From contig OX597817.1 of the NCBI GenBank assembly GCA_951406725.2, positions 173,848,001-173,912,000 of the forward strand: 64,000 nucleotides of DNA, given 5' to 3'. Source of the DNA: Octopus vulgaris. Taxonomy: Eukaryota. Position 1 is the stretch's first letter. Each line of letters opens with the position of its first letter. The notes under the pieces are model-generated. The model worked only from the letters and a program-made list of their open reading frames with translations. It ran no database searches and was not told the DNA's origin. Position numbers and translations under genes: made by a program. Shown piece by piece: positions 1-11,595 of this stretch.

Positions 1-1828
1 TGTGCAAGCCATGTACAGAGATGCCATAAGCAAGGTTAGGGTTGGCAACATGTACACAGAAGAATTCAAAGTAGAGGTTGGGGTCCACCAGGGTTCAGTA
101 CTCAGCCCCCTCCTATTTATCATAGTCCTCCAGGCAATAACAGAGGAATTCAAGACAGGTTGCCCCTGGGAGCTCCTCTATGCTGACGACCTCGCTCTAA
201 TTGCTGAGTCACTATCAGAACTGGAGGAGAAGTTCCAGGTGTGGAAGGAGGGTTTAGAATCGAGGGGCCTTAGAGTCAACCTAGCTAAAACCAAAGTACT
301 AATAAGTAGAAAGGTAGGCAATCCACAAATGTCCTCAGGAAGATGGCCCTGCTCGATCTGTAGAAAAGGTGTAGGTAGAAACTCTATAAGATGTACCCAG
401 TGTAAGCTATGGACACATAAGAGGTGCAGCAATGTCAAAGGTAGGCTAACTGGGAAGATAGTTTTTATATGTGGCAGATGCTCGGGAGCATTGACCTCCG
501 AAAATCTGCAGAAAACAACTTCCGTCACTTTCCAGGGGGAAAAATTAGAAGTAGTTGATAGCTTCCGTTATCTAGGTGACCAAGTCAGTAGTGGGGGTGG
601 GTGCGCTGAGAGTGTAACTGCTAGAATAAGAATAGCCTGGGCAAAGTTTAGGGAGCTCTTACCTCTGCTGGTGACTAAAGGCCTCTCGCTCAGAGTAAAG
701 GGCAGACTGTATGATGCATGTGTTCGAACTGCCATGCTACATGGCAGTGAAACATGGGCCGTGACTGCTGAGGACATGCGTAAGCTCATGAGGAATGAAG
801 CCAGTATGCTCCGATGGATGTGTAATGTCAGTGTACTTACTCGACAGAGCGTTAGTTCCCTGAGAGAAATGTTGTACCTAAGAAGCATCAGTTGTTGCGT
901 GCAAGAGAGACGATTGTGCTGGTATGGTCATGTGGCGAGAATGGATGAAGATAGGTGTGTGAGAAAGTGCCAATCCCTAGCAGTTGAGGGAACCCATGGA
1001 AGAGGTAGACCCAGGAAAACCTGGGACGAGGTGGTGAAGCACGACCTTTGAACTTTAGGTCTCACCAAGGAAATGACTAGAGACCGAGACCTATGGAAGT
1101 ATGCTGTGCGTGAGAAGACCCGGCAAGACTAGTGAAGCCATAACCCGTGGCCCCTACCTGGGACGTAGTCAGTCCACCTGTGCATACCTTCCTGCTTGTG
1201 ACACTTGTGAAGACCTGTTGAGGCAAATCAAATCAAAGTCAAATCGAATCAAGTCAAACCAAATCAAAATAGATGAACATCAATGGAATTTGTATCCTTG
1301 TGGTACCAGTGCCGGTGGCACATAAGAAAACCATCCGAACGGGACCGTAGCCAGTACCGCATCGACTGGCCTCCGTGCCGTGGGCATATAACAAACACCA
1401 TCCGATCGTAGCCGTTCGCCAGCCTCGTCTGGCACCTGTGTCGGTGGCACATAAGAAAAACACCGAAAACACCATATCCGAGCGTGGCCGTCTGCCAGCC
1501 TCGTCTGGCACCTGTGTCGGTGGCACATAAAAAACACCATCCGAGCGTGGCCGTCTGCCAGCCTCGTCTGGCACCTGTGTCGGTGGCACATAAAAAACAC
1601 CATCCGAGCGTGGCCATCTGCCAGCCTCGTCTGGCACCTGTGTCGGTGGCACATAAAATCACCCACTACACTCTCGGAGTGGTTGGCGTTAGGAAGGGCA
1701 TCCAACTGTAGAAATACTGCCAGATCTGACTGGCCTGGTGTAGCCTTCAGGCTTGCCAGACCCCAGTTGAACCGTCCAACCCATGCTAGCATGGAAAGCG
1801 GACGTTAAACGATGATGATGATGATGAT
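1..1828 (+). mobile_element. RTE-clade LINE, 3' half (RT, PHD-like finger, 3' UTR with tandem hairpin repeats, (GAT)n tail)
   Basis: ORF 2-1051 has RT motifs GVHQGSVLSPLLF and LLYADDL. Premature TGA at 1049-1051; the frame resumes to TAG at 1130-1132. 3' UTR ends in (GAT)n at 1811-1828. Confidence 0.95.
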
Positions 1829-2053
1829 TTCAACACATTGTCGATATTTGGCCTCCTCAATAGGAATGGTATGATTTGTTATAAAAATATTATCAGATTC
1901 AATAAGAGATTTTTAATTTTTTTCAGTTTCCATGTTTATTAATTTTTTCAGTTTTGTACAATTTGTCATAAAAATATTATCAGATTCAAAATGATGTTTC
2001 ATCTTTTCACTTTCAAGTTTATTTTATTTTATTTTTTTTTTCTTGAGGGTTAA

Positions 2054-2273
2054 CCCTTTCATTACTAGCCTGGTTGAAACCGACTCTGGTTCTGCGTACA
2101 AATGTCCTGTTTTCAAAAGTTTTGAATTTAAATCTTCCACCAAACCTTAGTCACAATTTATGTTCCTAACATTAGTTTAATGATAACTAAGTTATTTTAC
2201 TATATTCTTTGTTATATTTAAAGTAATCGAAAGAAACACAGAACATCTCAAAATAAATACAGTAACGAAAGGA
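2054..2273. mobile_element. piggyBac-type MITE
   Basis: TTAA flanks (2050-2053, 2274-2277) and terminal inverted repeats CCCTTTCATTACT / AGTAACGAAAGGA. Related copies at 15432-16039, ~36764-36930 and 42496-42701. Confidence 0.75.
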
Positions 2274-2383
2274 TTAAACAATTTTTTTAGCTGAGGGAGA
2301 TATCCGAAAGTACCAATCTTTCTCGTAAAACGTGGGGAAATATCCCAATTTTTAATGGGGGTGAGATAACCAAAAAGTACCAA

Positions 2384-2630
2384 GTAAAGTTCCTTCCTAA
2401 GTCATAGACTCATAGGGCTGGTTTTCCAGTTCCTGTGGTGTATATATTTTCCAACTGGATGGCACACTGGTCCATCAGGATTACTTATTTTTGCCACTTG
2501 AGTGGATTGGAGTAACATGAAATGAAGTGTTTTGCTCAAGAACACAACATGTCACCTGATCCAGGAATTGAAATCACAATCTAACAATCATGAGTCCAAC
2601 ACCCTAACAACTAAGCCATGCACCTCCACC
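2384..2630 (-). mobile_element. tRNA-derived SINE (decayed)
   Basis: On the minus strand: tRNA-like head followed by TGTGTTCTTGAGCAAAACACTTCATTTCA, shared with copies at ~7600-7740, ~21950-22185 and 33186-33523. Confidence 0.7.
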
Positions 2631-3234
2631 ATTTTAGTATATCATTTCTATATATTTAATAAGCTGACCTGCCAACTTCTTTTTTTTTTTTTGTTTCAGA
2701 TTGAAGGAGACGGCAGTAACAACACTTTGAAGACAACCTGCTGACCACTGCTTCTCCCCGTTGATTAGTTTGCAGAATGCAATCAGAACATGAAAACAAT
2801 CAAAACATGTGACAAGGGTCCTGAACACCTTCCCTTTGGAGGACTTCCTCTTCATAATGAATTGCATCAGACAATGTTAAAGTGATCTATCCACAGATGG
2901 TTAAGTGGCTTCTAAAAAACTGATAATCCTTGTAGGTAGAGGTAAACAATGTTAGCTTAACCAGTAAGGCTTTTAGTTGTTCAGAAGCACTCTGGTGTAG
3001 TTGGTAACATGGTCATTTGCTACATCACAGATACAGGGTTCAACTCCCATTGAAGTTCTATTAATTTTTTTCTAGTCATACTCGTAAAAGTATACTTTAC
3101 ATGTGTGTGTGTGTGTGTGTGCGTGTATTGAGTAAATCATTTTTAAGAATGAAACTCGAAGAAGATACAGCTATAAATAATAGCATTAAAATATATTGGG
3201 TCATGTGTGGATATATGCATGTATGTGTGTGCAG

Positions 3235-3592
3235 TCATTAGACTGCAGGCATGCTGCGGCACTGCCTTAGAGAATTTCTAGTCAATCAAATTGACCTCAA
3301 TGCTTATTCTATTGCTGTCTTTTTGCCGAACCACTAAATTGCAGGAAAGTAAACCAATTATCAAGTGGTGATAATGTGTGTGCGTGTAGGGGGATAAACA
3401 CACACACAAAGACACACATACACACAGAGATGACAGGCTTCTTTCAGCTTCCATCTATTAAATTCACTCACAGGATTTTGATCAGCCCAAAGCTATAGGA
3501 TAAGAGAATTGCCCAAGGTTTCATGCAGTGGGATTGAACCTGGAATTATGAGGATGGAAAGAAAACTTCTTACCACACAGCCATGTCTGTGC
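3235..3592 (-). mobile_element. SINE family A (decayed copy)
   Basis: Homologous by eye to the better-preserved copies at 15645-16030, 44291-44669 and 58318-58718. Confidence 0.7.
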
Positions 3593-3606
3593 CTAGATAG
3601 ATATGT

Positions 3607-3641
<35 letters not shown>

Positions 3642-4231
3642 GGTAGATAGATAGACAGACAGACAGATAGCTAGATAGATAAATAGATAGATAGATAGGT
3701 AGATAGATAGATACACACATACATGCATATATATATAGGTATATATATGTACACATACACATATGTACATACATATATATATTACATATACACACTCCAA
3801 CATAATACATATATATGAAATGTAATAAGAAAGGGTTGGATTGTGCTAAATTAATATATATATATTTGAATAAAACAAGTTCTATTTCTTGATATAGTTG
3901 GTAGATATTTCTATTATATATCTATCTATCTATATATATATATATTTATATGAAAATCAAAATACAAGATTATGTTTTCACATAAAAATGCTTTCATATA
4001 AAAGTTTTAACAAATATGTACATTTTCTTTCTGTGTGGGTATGTGTGTTGCGTGTGTGTGTGTGCATATGCACATTCATGTATGTATACACATATAAATA
4101 TTCGCTCACACAGACACATACATATATCATCAAGATCACCATTATCATACACACACACATATATATACACACAAACATAGACATACATATACATATACTG
4201 TATATATATGTATATATATATATACATACAG

Positions 4232-4262
<31 letters not shown>

Positions 4263-4698
4263 TACATATAAATATACATACATACATATATATATATATA
4301 CATATAAATATACATACATACATACAAACATATATATATATACACATACACACATACATATATATATATCTCAGAGTGGTTGGCGTTAGGAAGGGCATCC
4401 AGCTGTAGAAACTTTACCAGATCAGATTGGAGCCTAGTGTAGCCTTCTGACATGCCAGCCTTCAGTCAAATCATCCAGCCCATGCCAGCATGGAAAGCAG
4501 ACATTAAACGATGATGATGATGATTTAAGGTGTATTCCATTAGGAACATAGTAGAGTACAAAATAGAGCTCATTCACCCTTGGAATTACCAAATAGCTGG
4601 TAGTATTACAGTATACTTCCAAGTCTAGGTTTAGGCATTCATCGTTTATGAAAAAATAGTCAACAAGAAGGAGTACGGTTGGACAGTTATTTAATAAA

Positions 4699-4800
4699 CA
4701 CTACACATGTTTTGATACAACATAGATCCTCATATACACAGGATTTAAAGTAAGCAACAGCTTACCTGTATAACGGGGTCTAGTTGTATCTCCTCAGGTG
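4699..4800 (-). ncRNA. type I hammerhead ribozyme motif with long stem II; G12 mutated to A
   Basis: Minus strand reads CAC-CUGAGGA-GAUACAAC...(~60 nt, hairpin-forming)...GUUGUAUC-AAAAC-AUGU-GUA-GUG. Confidence 0.65.
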
Positions 4801-5108
4801 ATACATAATTGCTGCCCCATTAATAAACCTTTGGCTTCGATGCTAACACATCCAATTGGCTCGTTTGAATCTGGTAGATGCTGGCAGTCCCATTTCGCTC
4901 GCTGTCAACATGCAACTGCACGCTCAACATGAGTGGCATTGGATACACTGGCCGTCCAATTTGTTTCGCATGTTAGGCTGCACATGCTAAATTTTAATAT
5001 TTTGCAAAGACACTCACACATACCCATATATATATATATATACACACATATATATATATATATACACACATATATATATATTGGTAAAAACGGTAAGATA
5101 ACAAAATG

Positions 5109-5178
5109 GCCAGATAACTGAAGAGATGGTGGTGCGGATTTCCACCTCAGCATCCGAAACTCAGAGTTTTATCTTGGC
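5109..5178 (+). ncRNA. type I hammerhead ribozyme motif, core intact
   Basis: GCCAGAUAA-CUGAAGA-GAUGGUGGUG...CACCUCAGCAUCC-GAAAC-UCAGA-GUU-UUAUCUUGGC. Stem I is 9 bp with one bulge; stem III is ACUC/GAGU. Confidence 0.75.
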
Positions 5179-5222
5179 TACCGAATAATTGTCACATATT
5201 GCATCTACAGATATATATACAT

Positions 5223-5540
5223 ATCATCATCATCATCGTTTAACATCCGTTTTCCATGCTAGTATGGGTTGGACGGTTCAACTGGGGTCTAGGAAGCCAG
5301 GAGGCTGCACCAGGCTCCAGTCTGATCTGGCAGTGTTTCTACAGCTGGATGCCCTTCCTAACACCAACCACTCCGTGAGTGTTGTGGGTGCTTTTTATGT
5401 GCCACCGGCACAGGGGCCAGAGGAGGTTGGCAAATGGCCACTATCAGTTGGTGCTTTTTACGTGTCACTGGCACAGGTATCTTAACTACAATTTCCATTT
5501 TATTTTTATTTTCATGTTGGTGTTGATGTACTTGACTCAG
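5223..5540 (-). mobile_element. RTE 3' UTR fragment
   Basis: (CAT)n tail followed by the reverse complement of the RTE 3' end. Similar fragments at 4371-4524, ~8150-8350, ~9290-9415, ~11695-11990, 27606-27988 and ~45490-45650. Confidence 0.8.
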
Positions 5541-6179
5541 TGGGAATGCTCAGAGATGTATTTGTTTGTATATGTGTGAGTGTGTGTGTGTGGGTGATTG
5601 TATATGTAAGATCACAGTTTTTCTGACTGAAAGATGTGAAATTTATTCTGTCAGGTTTTATCAAGTTTGTCTCCTCTCTCCTGTTATAGATTGAATTCCA
5701 AATGTCTAATTGACATCTTTTGGAAAGCTCACACTACAATTTAGTATCAATGGTTTTCTATTGCTTATTCAACACCTAGAAGAGAAAGAAAACTGCATAC
5801 CTCACTTCAGATAAGTGCCAGACTGTCTCAAATAACATGTTCGAATGATTTAGTACCTATTCTTGACATTTTGAGTAACCAAGTTATATGGAACTCACTG
5901 TTCTACCCAAATACACAATGAAGCGCCATCCGTGGATTTGAACTCAGTACCTGTTGTTTTATTCATTTGACTATTTAGCATCAACTGGTGCTGCTAGTTT
6001 TCCATATGAAGACTTGTAAAGCAAACAAAAACATGTAAACTATGCATTGCTCTTGTTAAGATGAGTTTGTGCACATCACCTACTTAGAGTTAGGTGAATA
6101 TAGCCAATGAGAATTAAGTGCCTTGGCTACTAAACCAGAACAGCATTAGAGATGGTATATGAACCTTTAACATTTGAAG

Positions 6180-6400
6180 TGGCGGCAAGATGGCAGAATT
6201 GTTAGCACACTGGGCAAAATGCTAAACAGCATTTTGTCTGTGTCAACATTCTGAGTTCAAATTCCACTTAGGTTGATTTCACTTTTCATCCTTTGAAGGT
6301 CAAAAAAATAAATACCTGTTGAGCACTGCGAGGGGGTTGATGTAATTGACATAACCCCTTCCCCAAAACTGCTGGCATTGTGTCAAAATTTGAAATCAAC
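6180..6400 (+). mobile_element. tRNA-derived SINE family B
   Basis: Head TGGCAGAATTGTTAGCAC...GAGTTCAAATTCC and central TTTCATCCTTT block. Minus-strand copies at 14433-14670, ~14915-15130, ~16200-16525, ~19700-19880, ~49620-49835 and ~57660-57840. Confidence 0.75.
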
Positions 6401-8380
6401 ATTTCAACTGACAATCCAATGTCTTATACATTCTGCTAGCTTTCACATGCTACCCTTATTATGTATGAAAATAACCAGGATTAAAATCACGAACACAAGG
6501 GTATAAACCTGTACAAAATTATATCTTCCTGTCCTACAAAAATTCTGGCCATTGAACCATTAAGCTGTGAGCAGGAATTTCATGTAAGTCACAGGCATGA
6601 CTCCATAGTTGGATAAGTAATTGAAAGTAAAGGTATTGAAGTATCCTGTGGTAATCTAAACTGTTATTCTATGTGAATCGGACTAACAGTCACAGAAAAG
6701 ATTACTCATATCACTCAAATCTGTTGCATCAATGGTTTACAATAACTATGTAAACACTGCAATTTTTTTTTTTCAGTCAACTGTTACTAATGCTAACAGA
6801 AACAGCAGGAGCTCCTCTCAGTGCAGTGAAGTTCGGTTCTGAGAAAAATTGAAAACTTTATTGCCACACAACTACAATCTTTTTATTACAACCTAATTTT
6901 ACTGATTTATTTTTATTTTATTTTATTTTGTACAAAATAAATTTCCAAAGAAAAATAACACCCACAGCAATATTAGAGACTTTCTCAAACAGGAAGTTAT
7001 GGGAGGTCAAAATGGTCTATTAGATAAGGTGTCAAATTCCAGAGCAATAAATAAATAAATAAACAAATAAATAAGAACAGGTTTATCTGCAGTTTGTAGC
7101 AGATGTATTCATTCATTCATTAACACATAATTACCAATCTGGTGCTCAACAGTTTGTCAATATTTCACCTCAGATATTTATGTTCATAACTTGCATTATA
7201 AGCTGAATTTTATCACCAAGTCTGCAGAGCTTGCCAACTACAAAGGGGTTTAAATGCTATATTAATGTTGGAAAGAAGCTCTGGGGGAAAGCAAAAAATA
7301 TAAACAAGTCTATAATCTAATTTTGGCTCAATGTGATAGCCTTTTTTACAACGTTTAAGCTACTGATATCCTTGTGAATGTCATAGATGTAACAATTCCC
7401 ATAGCTCTCTCTCTCATCTCAAGTTAATAATGCTGAACAGTGACTGAAAAACAGCTCTAATGAAGAGAAGTCAAACAATTGATACTACTTACTGCACTAG
7501 TACATGGGATAAATATATACTTCTTCTTTATCCAGTATACATTTCCTTTTCTTGTGTATTCATTCATTAATATTCTTAGCATTCATTAAGAATTATGTGA
7601 AGGTATGTGACCTAGTAGTAAGAGTGTTGGGCTCACAATCAGAAGGTCAAAAGTTCAATTCTTGGACCGGGTGGTGCATTGAGTCCTTGAGCAAGGCACT
7701 TCATTTCATGTTACTCCAGTTACTAATTTGAAATGAGTACTACCCTGAGGCTGGTGCAACCCCCATTTAGTCACCAAGTCCTTGATGTTTCATAGGGCCA
7801 AGTGTTGGAGGACCAAGAAAGTATCTAAAAGTCTGCTCACTAGTGCATTGGCCCCTAAAACAATTAGAGACAGAATGGTACAGGCTGCTAGGCCATATTC
7901 ACTTAGGAGTGACGGCTATGGTGTCCATTAAGAATATGTATCTACAGCCAAGTGTAGGAATGGTTAAGCGGTTCCCAAACATGATTTCGGGTTATGTCCC
8001 TAGGGCAAGTATCTTCTTCTATAGCCCTGGGCCAACGAAACCATTGTCAGTGGATTTGATAGACATAATCTGAAAAAATCTTGTGTGTACACACACACAC
8101 ACACACACACATAGAACAAGCTTCTTTCAGTTTCAGTCTATCAAATCCATATCGTCATCATTATTTAACATCCACTTTCCATGCTGGTATGGGTTGATGG
8201 TTTAACTGAAACTGGTAAAGCAGTGAGCTACACTAGGTTCCAGTCTGATTTGGCAGGGTTTCTACAGATGGATGCCCTTTTAATGCCAACCACTCCAAGA
8301 GTGTAATGGGTGCTTTCTTACACCAGCAATGGTCATGACTATGACTTCACAGGTGCCATTATACATACATGCATACATAT

Positions 8381-8427
<47 letters not shown>

Positions 8428-8671
8428 AATTAAATAAGTACTATTACTGTTATTAATAATGTTAATAAGGTGGCTAGCAAGTTTACACTCTCACGGGTAA
8501 AATATAAACTAAATTCAAATTCAATAAGGTATTTAAATACCACTTGCTGTAAAAAGAGCCATCGCTCCAAAACCACATATTACTCACTATTAAAATACAC
8601 ATGGCCAGTGCAATAGGCATAACAGAAACTGGCTTACCTTGCGTGGAATACAGAAGTAAGGAATGTGTGTA

Positions 8672-8734
8672 TTTCAGGATCAACTGATTTCACTTTCTGT
8701 ATGAAAAATCATACTTTAAGCTCATCAGCTGAAA
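8672..8734 (-). ncRNA. type I hammerhead ribozyme motif, core intact
   Basis: Minus strand reads UUUCAG-CUGAUGA-GCUU AAA GUAUGA UUUU UCAUAC AGA AAGU-GAAAUCAGUUG-AUC-CUGAAA. Stem I is 6 bp, stem II has two segments, stem III is AUCA/UGAU. Confidence 0.75.
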
Positions 8735-11480
8735 ACAACACCTATTTCTGAAATATTTATCACATTACACCATGTGTGTCCTTTACTTTCGAATGTCCCC
8801 GTGAGCCAGTATAAATTTAAATTAAATAAGTATCATTACCGTTATTAATAATATTAATAAGGATGAAATAAGGTAGTTAGCAAGTTTAAGACTGAAAAAT
8901 TGGTGGTTTTGGAGAGATGGCTCTAGTTATAGCAAGTGGTATTGAAATACCCGATTGAATTTGAATTTAGTATCTTTATATATAATAAGATACATTTAAA
9001 CACATGAGGAATGCACTCATGGGATTCAGCTGAATCCATCCAGCAGTTCTTGAGATATCTTGGCCATGGACAAACAAACAAACACAACTGAAAACAATAC
9101 CTCTGCCTTTGCTAAAGACGGAGGTAACAATAATAATCCATGCATGGAATTTATAAATATTTTAATGCATCACCACACACGTTTCAACAAGTTATATGTA
9201 TTTTGTGACCATAGACCACATTCCTGGGATGCTTACAATACAATCTACAATATCCAGGATCTCAGGTGGGTCTTTGTTCATGCATATATCATCATCATCA
9301 TCGTTTAGCATCTGCTTTCCATGCTGGCATGGGTTGGACAGTGCAACTAGGTTCTGGGAAGCCAGAAGGCTGCACCAGGCCCAGTCTGATCTGGCAATGT
9401 TTCTACGGCTGGATGCATATATATATATATATAGATATATATATATATATATACAGGTGCAGAGGTGGCTGTGGAGTAAGAAGCTTGCTTCCCAACCATG
9501 GTGCCATGCAGTGGGACTGCATGGTACCTTGGACGAGTGTCATCTACAATAGCCCCAGGCTAATGAGAGCCTGTGAGAGTGCTTGGTAGACAGACACTGA
9601 AAAAATCCCATCATGCATGAATGTTTGTATATATGAGTGTGAGTGTGAGTGTGAGTGTATGTTTGTGTCTTGTTGACTTGCTTTTACCTGATAGTTATAA
9701 ATTAGTGTCAGCGTCACACAATCTCTGTCATTCATATCCAATATTCTGTGAAAAAACGTCTGGCCATGGAGGAGTATTACCTTGTTTGGATACAAGTGGG
9801 GGTTGGTGACAGGAAGGTTATCCAGCAATAGGAAATCAACTTCAAATAAATTCCATCTGTTCATGCAAGCATGGAAAATTGGATGGTAAATGATGATGAT
9901 GATGATCATCATCGTCGTCGTCGTTGCCATCGCCGTCATCATCATGACAATGATGACGATGATATACATCACATCACATTCAATAGGGCATTGGGGTCTC
10001 AAGCAAGATTTTAGTTTAGTGATACTTGAAGGCATTCAGTTATTAACTGAAATTTTGTTTTGTCTACACATCTAAAGTAACAATAATTCTGTAATGAATA
10101 AAACAGATTTTCCAAGAAGACACTAGAAGCCCATAAATCTTAATTTGGTGTCTGAAAGAATTTTAATTTTCTCCAATCACTTTAAAATCGATAAATGATT
10201 TCTTTGAGCTAAGCACTTCACTAAATCTGTCAGGGAAAAAGTTAATTAATTGTTTCTCACTGAAGCACAAAGTCACAACCCCATTACTAGGCTGGTACTT
10301 TATTTTACCAACCCCAAAAAGGATGCAAAGCAAAGTTGACCTCAGAGGAACTTGAACTCAGATTGTTAAGTTTTTCCAATGCTCTAATTATTCTGCCAAT
10401 CCACCATCCTAAGAAGAGGTTAATTAACTAAAGTGACCCCAGTAATTAATACATGTGCATTGTTGAAATTATACCGATGTGAAAGAACACAGCAAGGATT
10501 CCTTTCAAATGTGATGTGTTTTGAGTATGTGTATGAAGAGAATAGTACTTGCTTGTTATATTCTTTAAATGAATCAAGCAAAAATTACTCTATAACCTTC
10601 AAACAGAATATCAGCAGAAACTGGGTTAATTACCACTGACATTCCTATACATTTGATTATTTACAAACTATATCAATGGAATTAATTAACCCTTAGAGGA
10701 AGGATAGGCAGAGCGGCTGAGCCATGAGAAACAGCAAATCCATATTTTGACTCTAATAACAAAAACATGTTGTTTTGTTGGGGTTTCTCTTCCGTTGTTA
10801 TAAAAAAAAATTAAAACCAACCCAGATTGGAAAAGAAAAGAGTAAATGAGCATTAAAAGACATCAGTGAATATTCTAGTAGAGCAGCTTTGATGGTACAG
10901 ACATAGAATACAAATGAAATAATATAACTACTGTATGGAGAAATGTTGCATACTAGCAGTGAGAAATACTCAGTTGTAAAGGAAGAACAAGTGGGAGATA
11001 TAAGAAAAAGAAGTGGTGAGGTTCAAATCTCAGGATGTCAGACGTAAGGGACAAGATTAGCAGTTCCTGCTAGTTTTTGCACCACAGACTGGTTTCATGC
11101 AACACAATTTTTCTACAGACCATGGGATCATGCACATAACAAAACACAATAAAGTGCCTAATATATAATTTAATTATTACATGATGATAAGACATATACA
11201 GAGTGCATTCCAGAAGTTTTCACTTTTTAGCAGAGGCAGTTATAATTGTCCCAGATTATTCTTTTATTTGTATCAGTCATTTGACTGCAGCCATACTGGA
11301 GCACTGCCTTGAAGTGGTTTTTGTCGAACAATTCAACCTCAGGATTTATTTTTAGGCTTATTCTTTGCCAAACTGTTAAGCTATGGGGACATAAACACAC
11401 CAACGCCAGTTATCAAGTGATGGAAAGTTAGAGTATGATAGAGGGAACAGAAACAGGTGTCTTGCTATAGAGGAGATATA

Positions 11481-11595
11481 TGAGGGGTGTATGAAAAGTC
11501 TTGAGCCTCAAAAGAAAAAAACATGGTACAAGACTTCTGATGAAGGTACAAGGTTCAAAGGCCTTGAAGGCTCAAAACTTTTCATACACACCTTG
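11481..11595. mobile_element. Tc1/mariner-type MITE
   Basis: TA flanks and ~28-bp imperfect TIRs: TGAGGGGTGTATGAAAAGTCTTGAGCCT / AGGCTCAAAACTTTTCATACACACCTTG. Confidence 0.7.

Noticed and set aside
178-888. Antisense ORFs over RTE copies (also 29683-31724, 49117-49389, 63094-63647)
   Set aside because: Shadow frames of the LINE ORF with no independent evidence.
1484-1660. HDV-like ribozyme in RTE 3' UTR units (CAG-CCUCGU-CUG resembles P3/L3)
   Set aside because: Could not build P1, P1.1 and P2 of the nested double pseudoknot; simple hairpins explain the pattern.
2700-2744. Plus-strand acceptor followed by IEGDGSNNTLKTTC*, and a similar open stretch at ~15240-15390
   Set aside because: Possible terminal exons, but no recognisable homology or linked upstream exon; indistinguishable from chance.
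8638-8696. Minus-strand exon-like segment (KVKSVDPEIHTFLTSVFHA) with AG and GTAAGC
   Set aside because: No BtpA similarity, wrong phase to follow the 20407 exon, and it overlaps a hammerhead within a repeat element.
11537-11570. CTGATGA motifs here and at 36360
   Set aside because: No correctly placed GAAA or stems I/III; they lie in a mariner MITE and an RTE UTR respectively.
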